DNA of 64,000 nt, taken from NCBI GenBank assembly GCA_965221905.1, contig OZ244922.1:1248001-1312000 (forward strand). The letters run 5' to 3'. Shown piece by piece: positions 40,555-50,100 of the stretch (the stretch's first letter is position 1; every line of letters starts with the position of its first letter). This stretch comes from Chloroflexota bacterium (GTDB lineage: Bacteria > Chloroflexota > UBA11872 > VXOZ01). Below the pieces are notes generated by a model. It worked only from the letters and a program-made list of their open reading frames with translations, was not told where the DNA came from and searched no databases. The position numbers were made by a program, and so were the translations under genes.

Positions 40555-42975
40555 TTAGCAACGTGAGTATCCGCAGACGAGGCACTTCTCGCAGCCTTCT
40601 TCGTAGACGACACCGGCCGCGCCGCAGTCCGGGCAGATCTCGCCGTGCCGCGATTCGCGGCTCGGGCTTGCGGGTTGTGCGCGGGCCAAGCCGAGTTGCA
40701 CCACTGACGCCTCTTCGGTGGCGGCAGCGCCGTTAATGCCGTTCGTGCCTGTGGAAATGTTGTAAATCTCGGCGATCACCTGTGCAATCGCATCGGGTAT
40801 CGAGAGGACGCGGTTGGGGCCGATGCCCATCACGTCCACCGAGCCGATGCCGCGCAAGTGCTTGTGATACTGCTTGATCGGAACGCCGCTCCGCAGACCG
40901 AGCGTGATCGAGCGCGCCAGCGCCTCCAAATATGCTTGGTCTGCCGTACCGGCTTTGCCGAGCGTGAGGAAGATCTCGATGGGGCGGCGATCTTCGCCTT
41001 TACCGGTGGAGTTGATGGTCACGTAGAGGTCGCCGCGCGCCGTGACCTTCTCCACGGTCACGCCTGACACAACGGCCGGTCGCTTACGCGGGTGCATTTC
41101 TACCGGCACCGCCGCGCTGTTAGCCTCTTGTTTGTCCGCGCCTTTGTCAACGGCCTCTTCCTTCTTCTCTTCCACGCGAGAGAGCACCGGAGTGCGTGAG
41201 CCGTCGCGGAAGAAGGTGATACCCTTGCAGCCGAGGTCGTAGGCAAGGGTGTAGAGCTTATCGACGTCGGCTATCTCATAAGAATTCGGCGCGTTGACGG
41301 TTTTCGAAATGCTGGAGTCCGTATATTCCTGGATGACGGCCTGCACGCGCACGTGGTCCTCCGGACGCAGGTCGTTGCTGGAGGCGAAGTAGTCCGGCAC
41401 GGGCTCGCCGTCATGCGCATCTTGCCACTCTTTGAAAAGCGGGTGGTAGAGGATGTGTTCGCCGGTGCGGTCGACGCGCTTCATGGCAAAGTCGAATACC
41501 GGCTCAATGCCGCTTGAAACGCCGGAAAGCAGTGACGTGGTGCCGGTAGGCGCCTGCGTGAGGATTACACCGTTGCGGACGCCATGCGTGGCAATCTGCT
41601 CTTGCAGCGCCGCCGGCAACTGCCGGATGAACGAGCCTTGCATGTACTTTTCACTGTCGAATTGCGGAAAAGGCCCTTTTCCCTTGGCGATCTCCATAGA
41701 CGCGCTGTAGGAAGCATCGCGGATGGTCCGGTAGATACGTTCCACAACGGGCATCGACTTTTCGCTGCCGTAGCGCACCTTCATCTTGATGAGCGCATCG
41801 GCAAGACCCATAGTGCCCAGGCCCGTCCGGCGCGTGCCGTCACGCTGTTGTTGCTTGTTTTCCTCGATGAAGTACGGCGTGGCATCGATGACGTTATCGA
41901 GAAAGCGGATCGCGACCCTTGACGTCTTGGCCAGCAATTCGTAGTCCATCACGCCGTCTTCCACGAAGGCCGAGAGGTTGATGGCTCCGAGGTTGCACAC
42001 GCCCCAAGCGGGCAGCCCTTGCTCGCCGCAAGGGTTCACGCAGCGGATTTTCTCGAAATACCAGGTGTTGGAGCGCTTTTGATAGCGCTCCATGAAGACC
42101 AAGCCGGGCTCTGCCGAGCGCCAGGCGGCTTCGCAAATCTTGGCCCAGATTTCACGCGCCTTTACGGTGCGATGGACTGTGACGGCTTTGCCGCGAGCGC
42201 GCCAAGCGGCCAAATCGCCGTTCCACACCTCGTCGTACTCCGGATCGGTCGTGTCCGGGAAGACCAGGTCCCAGGTGCCGTCTGCCTTAACTGCCTCCAT
42301 GAAAGAGTCGGAAGCGCAGATGGAAAGGTTTGCGTGGTTGATGCGGGAGAGATCGGTCTTGACCGTGATTAACTCTTCGATGTCCGGGTGCCAATCGTCC
42401 AGCATGAGCATGAGCGCGCCGCGGCGCGAGCCGCCTTGCTGAATCACGTCGCCGGTGGCTACCGAGTACAACTCACCCCAGGAGCACGGCCCGCTGGCGG
42501 TACCGTTCACTGATCGAATGTAAGAGCCACGCGGCCGTAGACTGGAAAGATTAATGCCCACGCCGCCACCCCTCGCCATGATCTCCGTCATGACGCTGAG
42601 GTTCTCCAGAATGCCGCCGCGGCTGTCCTGCGGCGAGGGGATCACGTAGCAGTTGTAGAACGTGACCTCATGGCCCGTGCCCGCGCCCGCCAGGATGCGG
42701 CCGCCGGGAACGAACTTGAAGTCCTGCAACGCCCGATAGAATTTTTCTTCCCATGCAATGCGGTTTTCTTCTCCTTCTTCCACGGCGGCTATGCCGCGCG
42801 CGACGCGACGCCACATCTGCTCCGGGTAGTGCTCCAAAGCGGTGCCGGTCTCATCTTTATTGGAGTACCGATCGGCAAAGACCTTCTGCCGGATTCCGTC
42901 GAGCATGGTGCCGGTTTCGGGCTCCGGTACAGGCTGCCCGTTGGTACTTCTGCCGTTGGTATGAATGACTGCCAT
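40555..42975 (-). CDS. nrdJ: Adenosylcobalamin-dependent (class II) ribonucleotide reductase with C-terminal TSCPD/zinc-ribbon
   Basis: FYNCYV, NPCGEQ, APTGTTS, ISKTVN, CKGITFFRDGSR, CPDCG..EEGCEKCLVCGYSRC; GAGGAG SD. Confidence 0.93.
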   Translation of the reverse strand: MAVIHTNGRSTNGQPVPEPETGTMLDGIRQKVFADRYSNKDETGTALEHYPEQMWRRVARGIAAVEEGEENRIAWEEKFYRALQDFKFVPGGRILAGAGTGHEVTFYNCYVIPSPQDSRGGILENLSVMTEIMARGGGVGINLSSLRPRGSYIRSVNGTASGPCSWGELYSVATGDVIQQGGSRRGALMLMLDDWHPDIEELITVKTDLSRINHANLSICASDSFMEAVKADGTWDLVFPDTTDPEYDEVWNGDLAAWRARGKAVTVHRTVKAREIWAKICEAAWRSAEPGLVFMERYQKRSNTWYFEKIRCVNPCGEQGLPAWGVCNLGAINLSAFVEDGVMDYELLAKTSRVAIRFLDNVIDATPYFIEENKQQQRDGTRRTGLGTMGLADALIKMKVRYGSEKSMPVVERIYRTIRDASYSASMEIAKGKGPFPQFDSEKYMQGSFIRQLPAALQEQIATHGVRNGVILTQAPTGTTSLLSGVSSGIEPVFDFAMKRVDRTGEHILYHPLFKEWQDAHDGEPVPDYFASSNDLRPEDHVRVQAVIQEYTDSSISKTVNAPNSYEIADVDKLYTLAYDLGCKGITFFRDGSRTPVLSRVEEKKEEAVDKGADKQEANSAAVPVEMHPRKRPAVVSGVTVEKVTARGDLYVTINSTGKGEDRRPIEIFLTLGKAGTADQAYLEALARSITLGLRSGVPIKQYHKHLRGIGSVDVMGIGPNRVLSIPDAIAQVIAEIYNISTGTNGINGAAATEEASVVQLGLARAQPASPSRESRHGEICPDCGAAGVVYEEGCEKCLVCGYSRC

Positions 42976-43087
42976 CGCGAGATTCTCCTCGGTACATTCG
43001 GCAGCGCGTGATTCGCGCGGGGGTAGGAGTAATTTAGGGACCCAAGAAGATACTATAGGCCGTAGTGGTGCCACCTGAATGCCAAAT

Positions 43088-43142
43088 AAATAGTATATCT
43101 TGGTGTAGAGGAATTATAGATAACAAGATATAGAGGTGTCAA
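43088..43142 (-). promoter_or_regulatory. nrdJ promoter with two NrdR-box-like sites
   Basis: TTGACA-18-TATAAT; CCTCTATATCTTGTT in the spacer and ACACCAAGATATACTA downstream resemble acaCwAtATaTwGtg. Confidence 0.75.
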
Positions 43143-43413
43143 GGGAAATTGGGGGTACTTTGGAGTTTTTCGCCTTTCTGCGATTAATAATTCGCGGCGG
43201 GTTGACATGCGCAACGATAGGTACATTTGCAGCATACCACAAGCCCCTGAGTTAGTGATAAAGAGTCCAAATCGGAATTCACGAGGGTGACTAGAATAGG
43301 CGGCGTTGGGAAGGGGAAAATGAAAAGGGAAAAGGGGCTTAAGCAACGTTCAGCGACTTAGATATCTATGTCAAAGAATTGTCGTTCGGCTGGTCACAGA
43401 GCGGTCATTGACC

Positions 43414-43974
43414 CTAGCTCCGCTTTTGCACCGCCGTAGGGTTCTCCCTATCGAATGTCCATTGCGCCGGGTTGTCGTGGATGTACTGGCGAATCTTTGT
43501 CAGAGACTCTTCGCTGCGCACGACGTGCTCGAAGTAATTCCGTTGCCAGAGGGGTCTGCCGGGAAGCCCATGCGCAGAATTGACCCGTTTCGTACTGACG
43601 GTCTTGAATGCGCCAATCAGACGTCCCAAGGGCTTACGTTTGCTGTCCCACGAGTCTGCTCCGGTAGGGGCGGTTCGCGAACCGCCCCTACGCGCGTCAT
43701 CGGTGATCATAAGGATGCCATGGAGATGGTTCGGCATGACGACAAATTCGTCCAACACCACGTAAGGGTATTGGGTCTCCAGCCATTGCCAGCAATCGGA
43801 CACCAATCGGCCAGTCCTGTTCAGGCACATATTGCCATCCACTATCTCGCCGAACAGACACGCCCGTCCTTGGGCAACCACGGTCACAAAGTATGCGCCC
43901 GCCTGCGAATAGTCGTATCCCTTTAGGCGGATAGAACGCCGACGCTGGCTGTCTGGAGCGTAGGGGCTACTCAT
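43414..43974 (-). mobile_element. REP-associated tyrosine transposase (RAYT, Y1 HUH), copy 1
   Basis: RRSIRLKGYDYS, YFVT, MPNHLHGI (HUH), WQRNYFEHVVR, YIHDNP. Confidence 0.9.
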
Positions 43975-44033
43975 CGCAATCTCTCCCTTTGCTCAGAGGA
44001 CGGCCAGCGCGACGCCGGTCTGGGTGAGGGTGG

Positions 44034-44453
44034 TCATTGGACTTCCCAGGGACTAATGACGGCGACATCGACGTAGTCGAAGTCGCAGACGTTGCGCGTT
44101 GTGATCGTCAGGACATTGCTTTGTGCGATGCCTGCGATGAGGGCATCGCCGAGGTCGAGAGGTCTGCCCATGCGGCGGGCCTGCGCTCGGAGACGGGCGG
44201 CACTCTCCGCCGCCGGCCTGTCCAGAGCGAGAATGCGGTCGGCGTATGTCGAAATGATACTCGTGAGCAGGGCTTGTAAGCGGTCGCGGCGGTGCCCTTG
44301 CGGGAGCAATTGAACGCCGTATTCCAACTCGTGTACGACCAACGACGGCAGCCAGAGGTCTTCTTGCTCGGCCAAGAACGCGATTACACCCGGGTGCGGG
44401 ACCTCTCGCGTCATTTCCGAAAGCACGTTGGTATCCAGGAGAAATCCGCTCAC
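44034..44453 (-). CDS. vapC: VapC PIN-domain toxin
   Basis: LLDTNVLSE, DALIAGIA, TRNVCDF. Confidence 0.9.
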   Translation of the reverse strand: MSGFLLDTNVLSEMTREVPHPGVIAFLAEQEDLWLPSLVVHELEYGVQLLPQGHRRDRLQALLTSIISTYADRILALDRPAAESAARLRAQARRMGRPLDLGDALIAGIAQSNVLTITTRNVCDFDYVDVAVISPWEVQ

Positions 44454-44734
44454 TCAGTGTCTCTGTGGACGAACGGAATCTCCCGACGGGAATCGCGGTC
44501 GCGTGGGATTTCGAGGTTCGCGCCACGCGGGACGTTCTCTATCAGCCACTGACCCAGCGGCTTGCGTGGGGATGACTTCTGGTACCAGGTGTTGGCGGGC
44601 ACGACGACACAGGGATTGCGGATGCCGATATGCTGTGGCCCCTCGGATTCTGCGAGCCGCAGGATTTCAGATAGCCGCGCCTTAGCCTCGGCCACGGTCC
44701 AAACGCGGCGGGTATCAGGTCCTTTCAAGTGCAA
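44450..44734 (-). CDS. Phd/YefM-family antitoxin
   Basis: WTVAEAKARLSEILRLAESEGPQ; GTGA overlap with vapC. Confidence 0.85.
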   Translation of the reverse strand: MHLKGPDTRRVWTVAEAKARLSEILRLAESEGPQHIGIRNPCVVVPANTWYQKSSPRKPLGQWLIENVPRGANLEIPRDRDSRREIPFVHRDTE

Positions 44735-44888
44735 GCTCCTTAAAATATATAGACTAGTCTATACTAGACTAGTCAGATGAATAGATGCAAGTGCTTGGTG
44801 CAGACACAGACGAACCGCGCGCGCCACTAGCCGCCACCGGATACTCAGGCAAGCGGTCCCGATTCGGCATTGGTTCCTGCGGAGGCAG

Positions 44889-45680
44889 TCATAGACCCTC
44901 CGGCGCACGCGACACGGCCATGGGGTTCTCCCTATCGAACTCCCACCGCGCCGGGTTGTCGCTGATGTACTGGCGAATCTTTGTCAGAGACTCTTCGCTG
45001 CGCACGACGTGCTCGAAATAATTCCGCTGCCACAACTTGCCGGAGAATTGCGGCCACCGTAGGGTCTTCACACCCCGCACGTACTCCACGGTCGTCAGAG
45101 ACTTGAATGCCCCAACCACGTCCCCCAATGCGTACCGGCGATCCACTGTAGGGGCAACCCTCGTGGTTGCCCGTGGGTCATTTTCGCTAATCTCCGCGCC
45201 GAGCGGGGCTGATTCCTGGGCCGCCGTAAGGGTAACCCTCGTGGTTGCCCCTGGGTCAATATTCCTGGTTTCACCTTGGGTCAGGGCTGGTTTCTGGTCT
45301 TGCGTAGGGGCAACCCTTGTGGTTTCCCTATGGTCTATTTCCCGGGTTGCCCCGTGGGGCGGGACCGCTTCCTGGGCGCCCACAAGGGGCGCCCCTACCG
45401 GTTGGACAATGCTGATGATGCCGTGGATATGGTTGGGCATCACGATGAACGTGTCCAATGCGATGCCTGGGAAGCGGCCGGGAATCTCTTGCCAAACCCG
45501 CCGGATCATCTCTCCAGCGTCGTTCAACCGCATCTCTGCGCCGACCACGTCACCGAACAGACACGCCCGCCTTTGGGCTACCATGGTCACAAAGTATGCG
45601 CCCACCTGCGAATAGTCGTATCCCCGCAGGCGGATCGACCGGCGACGCCGGCTGTCTGAGGGCGGGTTGAATCGGCTCAC
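44889..45680 (-). mobile_element. REP-associated tyrosine transposase (RAYT), copy 2, with in-frame REP array
   Basis: Same motifs as copy 1 (MPNHIHGI, WQRNYFEHVVR, YISDNP); insert of three 78-bp units plus an inverted REP. Confidence 0.9.
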
Positions 45681-45808
45681 TGCTTTCCTTAAAAGCTCAG
45701 ATAGTCACTGGATCGACTACGGACCGGTCGCAAGCGGTCACTGGGCTTCGCGCGTAGTTTGGAGGAAGCTGCAATTCTCTTGGAAAAAGAGATGTCTACT
45801 TTTGATGA

Positions 45809-46045
45809 CTAGGCCAGGTGTTTTAGCACCTCGTCGTGGTCGGGGAAGCGGCCTTCATTGTGTTTGGAGAAGATGACGTTGTTATTGAGGGTTACCTCGA
45901 AGGCACCGCCGCCGGAGGGGATGAGTTCCAGGCTTTCCATATTGTGTTCGTATTCATTCAGCACTTTTTCCGCCAAACTGACGGCTTTCGGGAGGTAGCC
46001 TCACGAAGTGCAGTATTCGATGCTGAGACGATGCTTCTCGGCCAT
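45809..46045 (-). CDS. SelT/SelW/SelH (Rdx) family selenoprotein, CxxU
   Basis: MAEKHRLSIEYCTS-TGA-GYLPKAVSLAEK...LIPSGGGAFEVTLN..IFSK..GRFP; AAGGAG SD; absent from the ORF track. Confidence 0.88.
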
Positions 46046-46500
46046 GGATGTGCTCCTTTTTGCGCGGTATTGAGGTTTCTGTTCGGTCTTCCCTCAGTAT
46101 GGCCTTACCGGCGCGCTTCGGTCAATGGTCGCGGCGTGTTGGGGTTTCAGGGAGATTGATTCCCTTCCTGCATCTAGTACCGGTCAGGCTTTGCGCGGGA
46201 ATGACAGCGAGACAAGCGCAAGACATGGTTCTCGATGCCGCGGGAGGGTCAATGAAGCCTCTTGTTTAGGTTAGGCCCTGCCGGCGCGGTAATAGGCAAT
46301 AACCTACAGGTGCTGCACTCGCGGTTTCATTGACAGTTCGCACTTTGAGTTGGAATTGTGCGCCAAAGGCTTGCGTGGGACACCTCGGCTTGGTACCCTG
46401 TCCTTGGCTACTGTGGGGTTGGTGTTGCGATCCTGAAGCTAGGCTGCTTCGATCCATAGCAATGCGCTGCCGGTAACTTCAGGGAGGATGAAGAGTAGTC

Positions 46501-47751
46501 ATGAGCCAAGCGAAGTATGATTCGCAGGAAAGTTCTGTGCCTGTCGACGGTCAGGTGCGTGTGAGCGTGCGTGGTCTATGGAAGGTATTCGGCCCGGCCG
46601 ACGGCCCTGACGTGGGGGAAACGCTCGAGGGCAAGACCAAAGACGAGGTGCAAGACGAGTTGGACTCGGTGCTGGCGCTGCACGACGTGAGCTTCGACGT
46701 TCATCAGGGCGAAACGTTCGTGGTGATGGGCCTTTCCGGCAGCGGCAAGTCTACGTTGGTGCGTTGTCTGATCCGCCTCATCGAGCCGACGGCCGGCCGG
46801 GTCGTCATGGATGGGGAAGATATCCTCAGATACACCGAGGAGCAGCTCACCCAGGCGCGCCGTCAGAAGACCGGGATGGTCTTCCAGTACTTCGGCCTGT
46901 TGCCCCACCGCACGGTGATCGACAATGTCGCCTGGGGCTTGGAAGTGCAAGGAGTGCCTCGGGAAGATCGGCGTGCGCGAGCGGCCGAACTGCTGCGAGT
47001 TGTCGGGCTGGATGGCTGGGAAGAATACCACGCTGCGGCCCTCAGCGGCGGCATGCAACAGCGTGTCGGCCTGGCGCGTGCCTTGGTGTGCGACCCCGAC
47101 ATCTTGCTGATGGATGAGCCATTCAGTGCGCTAGACCCCCTCATTCGGCGAGACATGCAGGATGAACTCCTCCGTCTCCAGGAGCAGATGCAGAAGACTA
47201 TAATCTTCATCACCCACGATCTCACTGAGGCAACCAAGCTGGGAAGTCGCATCGCCATTATGCGTGACGGCGCCATTGTGCAGGTCGGTACGCCTGAGGA
47301 GATCATGGCACGCCCGGCTGACGACTATGTGGCTGACTTTACCCGCGACGTTCGCCGGTCTACCGTGGTTACCGTAGGCTACGTGATGGAACGCTGCCCG
47401 GTCCAGGTTAGTGCCGCAGAATCACCACGGGAAACGATTGCCAAGCTTGAAGCAGGCGACTCCGATGCGGCATTTGTCGTTGCTGAGGATGGCGTCTATC
47501 AGGGGGAGGTCTGTCGCGACGAAGCCCGCGAGGCAGAAGTGCGCGGCGACTCCACCATCGAACGCGCCGTGAACCGCAGACTCGACCCTGTATTTGCACG
47601 TGATACCATCGAAGGGGCTCTCTCCAAGGCTTGGTCTTACCGAGGCTTGATCCCCGTTGTAGACGGGGCGGGGAAGTTGGTTGGGGCGGTTGAACGTGAA
47701 GCGCTCTTCGAAGCCGTATTTGCGGATGAACGTACGGAGGTCGGCGTGTAG
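46501..47751 (+). CDS. proV: Glycine betaine/proline ABC transporter ATP-binding protein with CBS domains
   Basis: MGLSGSGKST, LSGGMQQRVGLARAL, MDEPFSALDPLIR. Confidence 0.9.
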   Translation: MSQAKYDSQESSVPVDGQVRVSVRGLWKVFGPADGPDVGETLEGKTKDEVQDELDSVLALHDVSFDVHQGETFVVMGLSGSGKSTLVRCLIRLIEPTAGRVVMDGEDILRYTEEQLTQARRQKTGMVFQYFGLLPHRTVIDNVAWGLEVQGVPREDRRARAAELLRVVGLDGWEEYHAAALSGGMQQRVGLARALVCDPDILLMDEPFSALDPLIRRDMQDELLRLQEQMQKTIIFITHDLTEATKLGSRIAIMRDGAIVQVGTPEEIMARPADDYVADFTRDVRRSTVVTVGYVMERCPVQVSAAESPRETIAKLEAGDSDAAFVVAEDGVYQGEVCRDEAREAEVRGDSTIERAVNRRLDPVFARDTIEGALSKAWSYRGLIPVVDGAGKLVGAVEREALFEAVFADERTEVGV

Positions 47752-47762
47752 CCGGGAGCGTT

Positions 47763-48764
47763 ATGGCTGTTATTGCTCGCTTGAAGGAAACATCGGACGG
47801 CATTCGTGAGGCGACACGCAACGGTGCGTCAGCGCCCTCCAGAGTTGCTCTCGTCCTAGGTGGCTTTCTTGCATTCTTCGTCGTGATGGTGGTGGTGTGG
47901 GGCCCCAGGACCGAGTTTCCCCTCGACTGGAGCCGTGGCATTAGCCGTCAGATCAATGAAGGGGTAGAATCCATCACCGTCTCTTGGGGGCCGGTGCTCG
48001 ACCTTGTTTCCGACGTAGTAATGCGGTTCTTGCTTAGGGTCGAGACGGTATTTCTGTGGACGCCCTGGCCGGTGGTCATCGTGGGTGCGGCCATCATCGC
48101 CTGGGTAACGGTCGGCTGGAAGTTTTCCGTCTTTGCTGTGCTTACTCTGCTCACAACCGGCGTATTCGGCCTCTGGGAGAGCGCGATGGAGACGATGGCG
48201 CTGATCGTCGTCTCGGTCTTTCTCTCCATCGTCGTGGGGATTCCTATCGGCGTTGTTGCTGCCCGCAGCAGAACCTTCGATGCGGTCCTGAGGCCGCTGC
48301 TCGATGGTATGCAAACGATGCCGTCGTTCGTGTACCTGGTGCCGGTGGTAATGTTCTTTGGCATCGGCAACGTACCGGCGGTCTTTGCCACGGTCATCTA
48401 TGCGGCGCCGCCGACGATCCGGTTTACTAATCTTGGTATCCGGGAAGTCAGCCCGCAGGTGGTCGAAGCTGCACGCTCCTTTGGCACGACGCCGCGGCAA
48501 TTGCTGTTGAAAGTTCAGTTGCCGATGGCGCTCCCGACGATCATGGCCGGCATTAACCAGACGACGATGATGGCACTGGCGATGATGGTCATTGCCTCGC
48601 TTGTCGGCGCGGGCGGCCTGGGTGAAGACGTGCAGCGAGCGCTCTCGCGCGCGCAGCCGGGACAGGCGCTGCTTGGCGGTCTGGGGATCGTCTTCTTGGC
48701 GATCATTGTCGACCGCATTACACAAGCGTGGGCCAAGAGCCGTGAAGAGGCCTTACGGATGTAG
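47763..48764 (+). CDS. proW: Glycine betaine/proline ABC transporter permease
   Basis: MQTMPSFVYLVP, EAARSFG, IMAGINQT. Confidence 0.9.
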   Translation: MAVIARLKETSDGIREATRNGASAPSRVALVLGGFLAFFVVMVVVWGPRTEFPLDWSRGISRQINEGVESITVSWGPVLDLVSDVVMRFLLRVETVFLWTPWPVVIVGAAIIAWVTVGWKFSVFAVLTLLTTGVFGLWESAMETMALIVVSVFLSIVVGIPIGVVAARSRTFDAVLRPLLDGMQTMPSFVYLVPVVMFFGIGNVPAVFATVIYAAPPTIRFTNLGIREVSPQVVEAARSFGTTPRQLLLKVQLPMALPTIMAGINQTTMMALAMMVIASLVGAGGLGEDVQRALSRAQPGQALLGGLGIVFLAIIVDRITQAWAKSREEALRM

Positions 48765-48860
48765 AGCATTGCGGAGGTGTGCATTAGTTGATAGTGGATG
48801 GAGACTTGCGGCATCGTTATGCCAAGGCGTTAAACACTTTAGTGGGAGGTTCCCAACGTA

Positions 48861-49892
48861 ATGAAAACTCGTACTTGGAAGACACTAGGCGGCATGATGG
48901 CGTTTATCCTTGCCATCATGCTTACCCTGACCGCGTGCAGCACGGCGCAGATGGAGGAAGAGGCCGATGACGCAGAGATGATGGATAAGCCTACCATCAT
49001 CTTTGCCGACCTAAGTTGGGATAGCGCGCAGATTCAGAACGCGGTAGCGCGGTATATCCTTGAGAATGGATACGGCTACGAGACCGACGCGGTCTTTGGC
49101 GACACCCTACCCTTGTTGGTCGCTCTCCGCGCCGGTGACATCAACGTCAACATGGAAATCTGGCTGCCAAATCAGGAAGAGCCCTTCTTGCTGGCGTTAA
49201 AAGAAGGCACAGTTGAAGTCGTGGGCAAGAGCCTGGAGGATAACTGGCAGTCGGCATTCATCATTCCGCAGTATACAGCGGACGAGAATCCGAACTTGCG
49301 GAAGGTGGAAGACCTTAGGGACCACATGGAGCTCTTCGTGACGCCGGATTCGAATGGCAAAGCGCGTCTCATTAACTGCCCTCCTGGCTGGGCGTGCGAG
49401 GGAGTGAATACAAGGCAGGTAGAATCCTACGGCCTTTCGGACGTGGTTGAATTGACCAATCCTGGCTCGGGTTCGGCTCTGCAAGCCGAGGTTCACGCGG
49501 CTTTCCTCAAGAAAGAGCCGGTGCTCTTCTACTATTGGGGTCCGACGACGTTTTCCTTCCAGATGGAAACCGAACTCGGCGGCTACTACTTTCTCGAAGA
49601 GCCGGAGTACAACGAGGAATGCTGGGCCAATAACAACGCTTGCGCATACCCCCTGGCTGAAGTTGTCATCGCTGTCCACACGGATATCAAAGAGAGCGCT
49701 CCCGATGTAATCGAAATGCTCGGGAAGTGGGACTGGAACTTCACCAATCAGCGCTCAGCCGAGACATACTTCGCGGAGACCGGTGCTGAGTACGCCGAAG
49801 TCGCCGTGTGGTGGCTGCAGAATAACGACTCTTGGCGCGAGTGGGTAACACCCGAAGCCGCGGAGAAGATCGCTGCTGCCCTCGCCGAGTAG
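48861..49892 (+). CDS. proX: Glycine betaine ABC transporter substrate-binding lipoprotein
   Basis: Lipobox LTAC; WDSA, EIW, CPPGWAC, YYWGPT. Confidence 0.85.
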   Translation: MKTRTWKTLGGMMAFILAIMLTLTACSTAQMEEEADDAEMMDKPTIIFADLSWDSAQIQNAVARYILENGYGYETDAVFGDTLPLLVALRAGDINVNMEIWLPNQEEPFLLALKEGTVEVVGKSLEDNWQSAFIIPQYTADENPNLRKVEDLRDHMELFVTPDSNGKARLINCPPGWACEGVNTRQVESYGLSDVVELTNPGSGSALQAEVHAAFLKKEPVLFYYWGPTTFSFQMETELGGYYFLEEPEYNEECWANNNACAYPLAEVVIAVHTDIKESAPDVIEMLGKWDWNFTNQRSAETYFAETGAEYAEVAVWWLQNNDSWREWVTPEAAEKIAAALAE

Positions 49893-49979
49893 TAATGCCT
49901 GAGGTTAGTGTCACCGCTCCGCGTGAAAGTGGTTCGCCTCAAGATCGTGGAATGGGAACATCGGCCTAAAGCGATAGAC

Positions 49980-50014
49980 AAGAGGGGCGCACATTTGTGC
50001 GCCCCTCTTTGATT
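49980..50014 (+). terminator. Intrinsic terminator
   Basis: AAGAGGGGCGCAC-attt-GTGCGCCCCTCTT followed by tgatt. Confidence 0.75.
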
Positions 50015-50100
50015 CCCGTCTTGCCACGGCAATTGCCGCGTCTTAGGCGGCCCCTCTGATTGACAGCGTGAAGAACTATTGGCCGTGACGCGCCACTTCT

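Noticed and set aside
45148-45398. Repeat-spacer pattern as a mini-CRISPR
   Set aside because: Repeats are GTAG-type REP palindromes inside a transposase ORF, spacers are mutually similar, and there are no cas genes.
45836-46159. Plus-strand 107-aa ORF
   Set aside because: Antisense shadow of the SelW-like selenoprotein.
46270-46500. c-di-AMP or other riboswitch upstream of proVWX
   Set aside because: Consensus elements not recognisable by eye; an Rfam scan would be needed.
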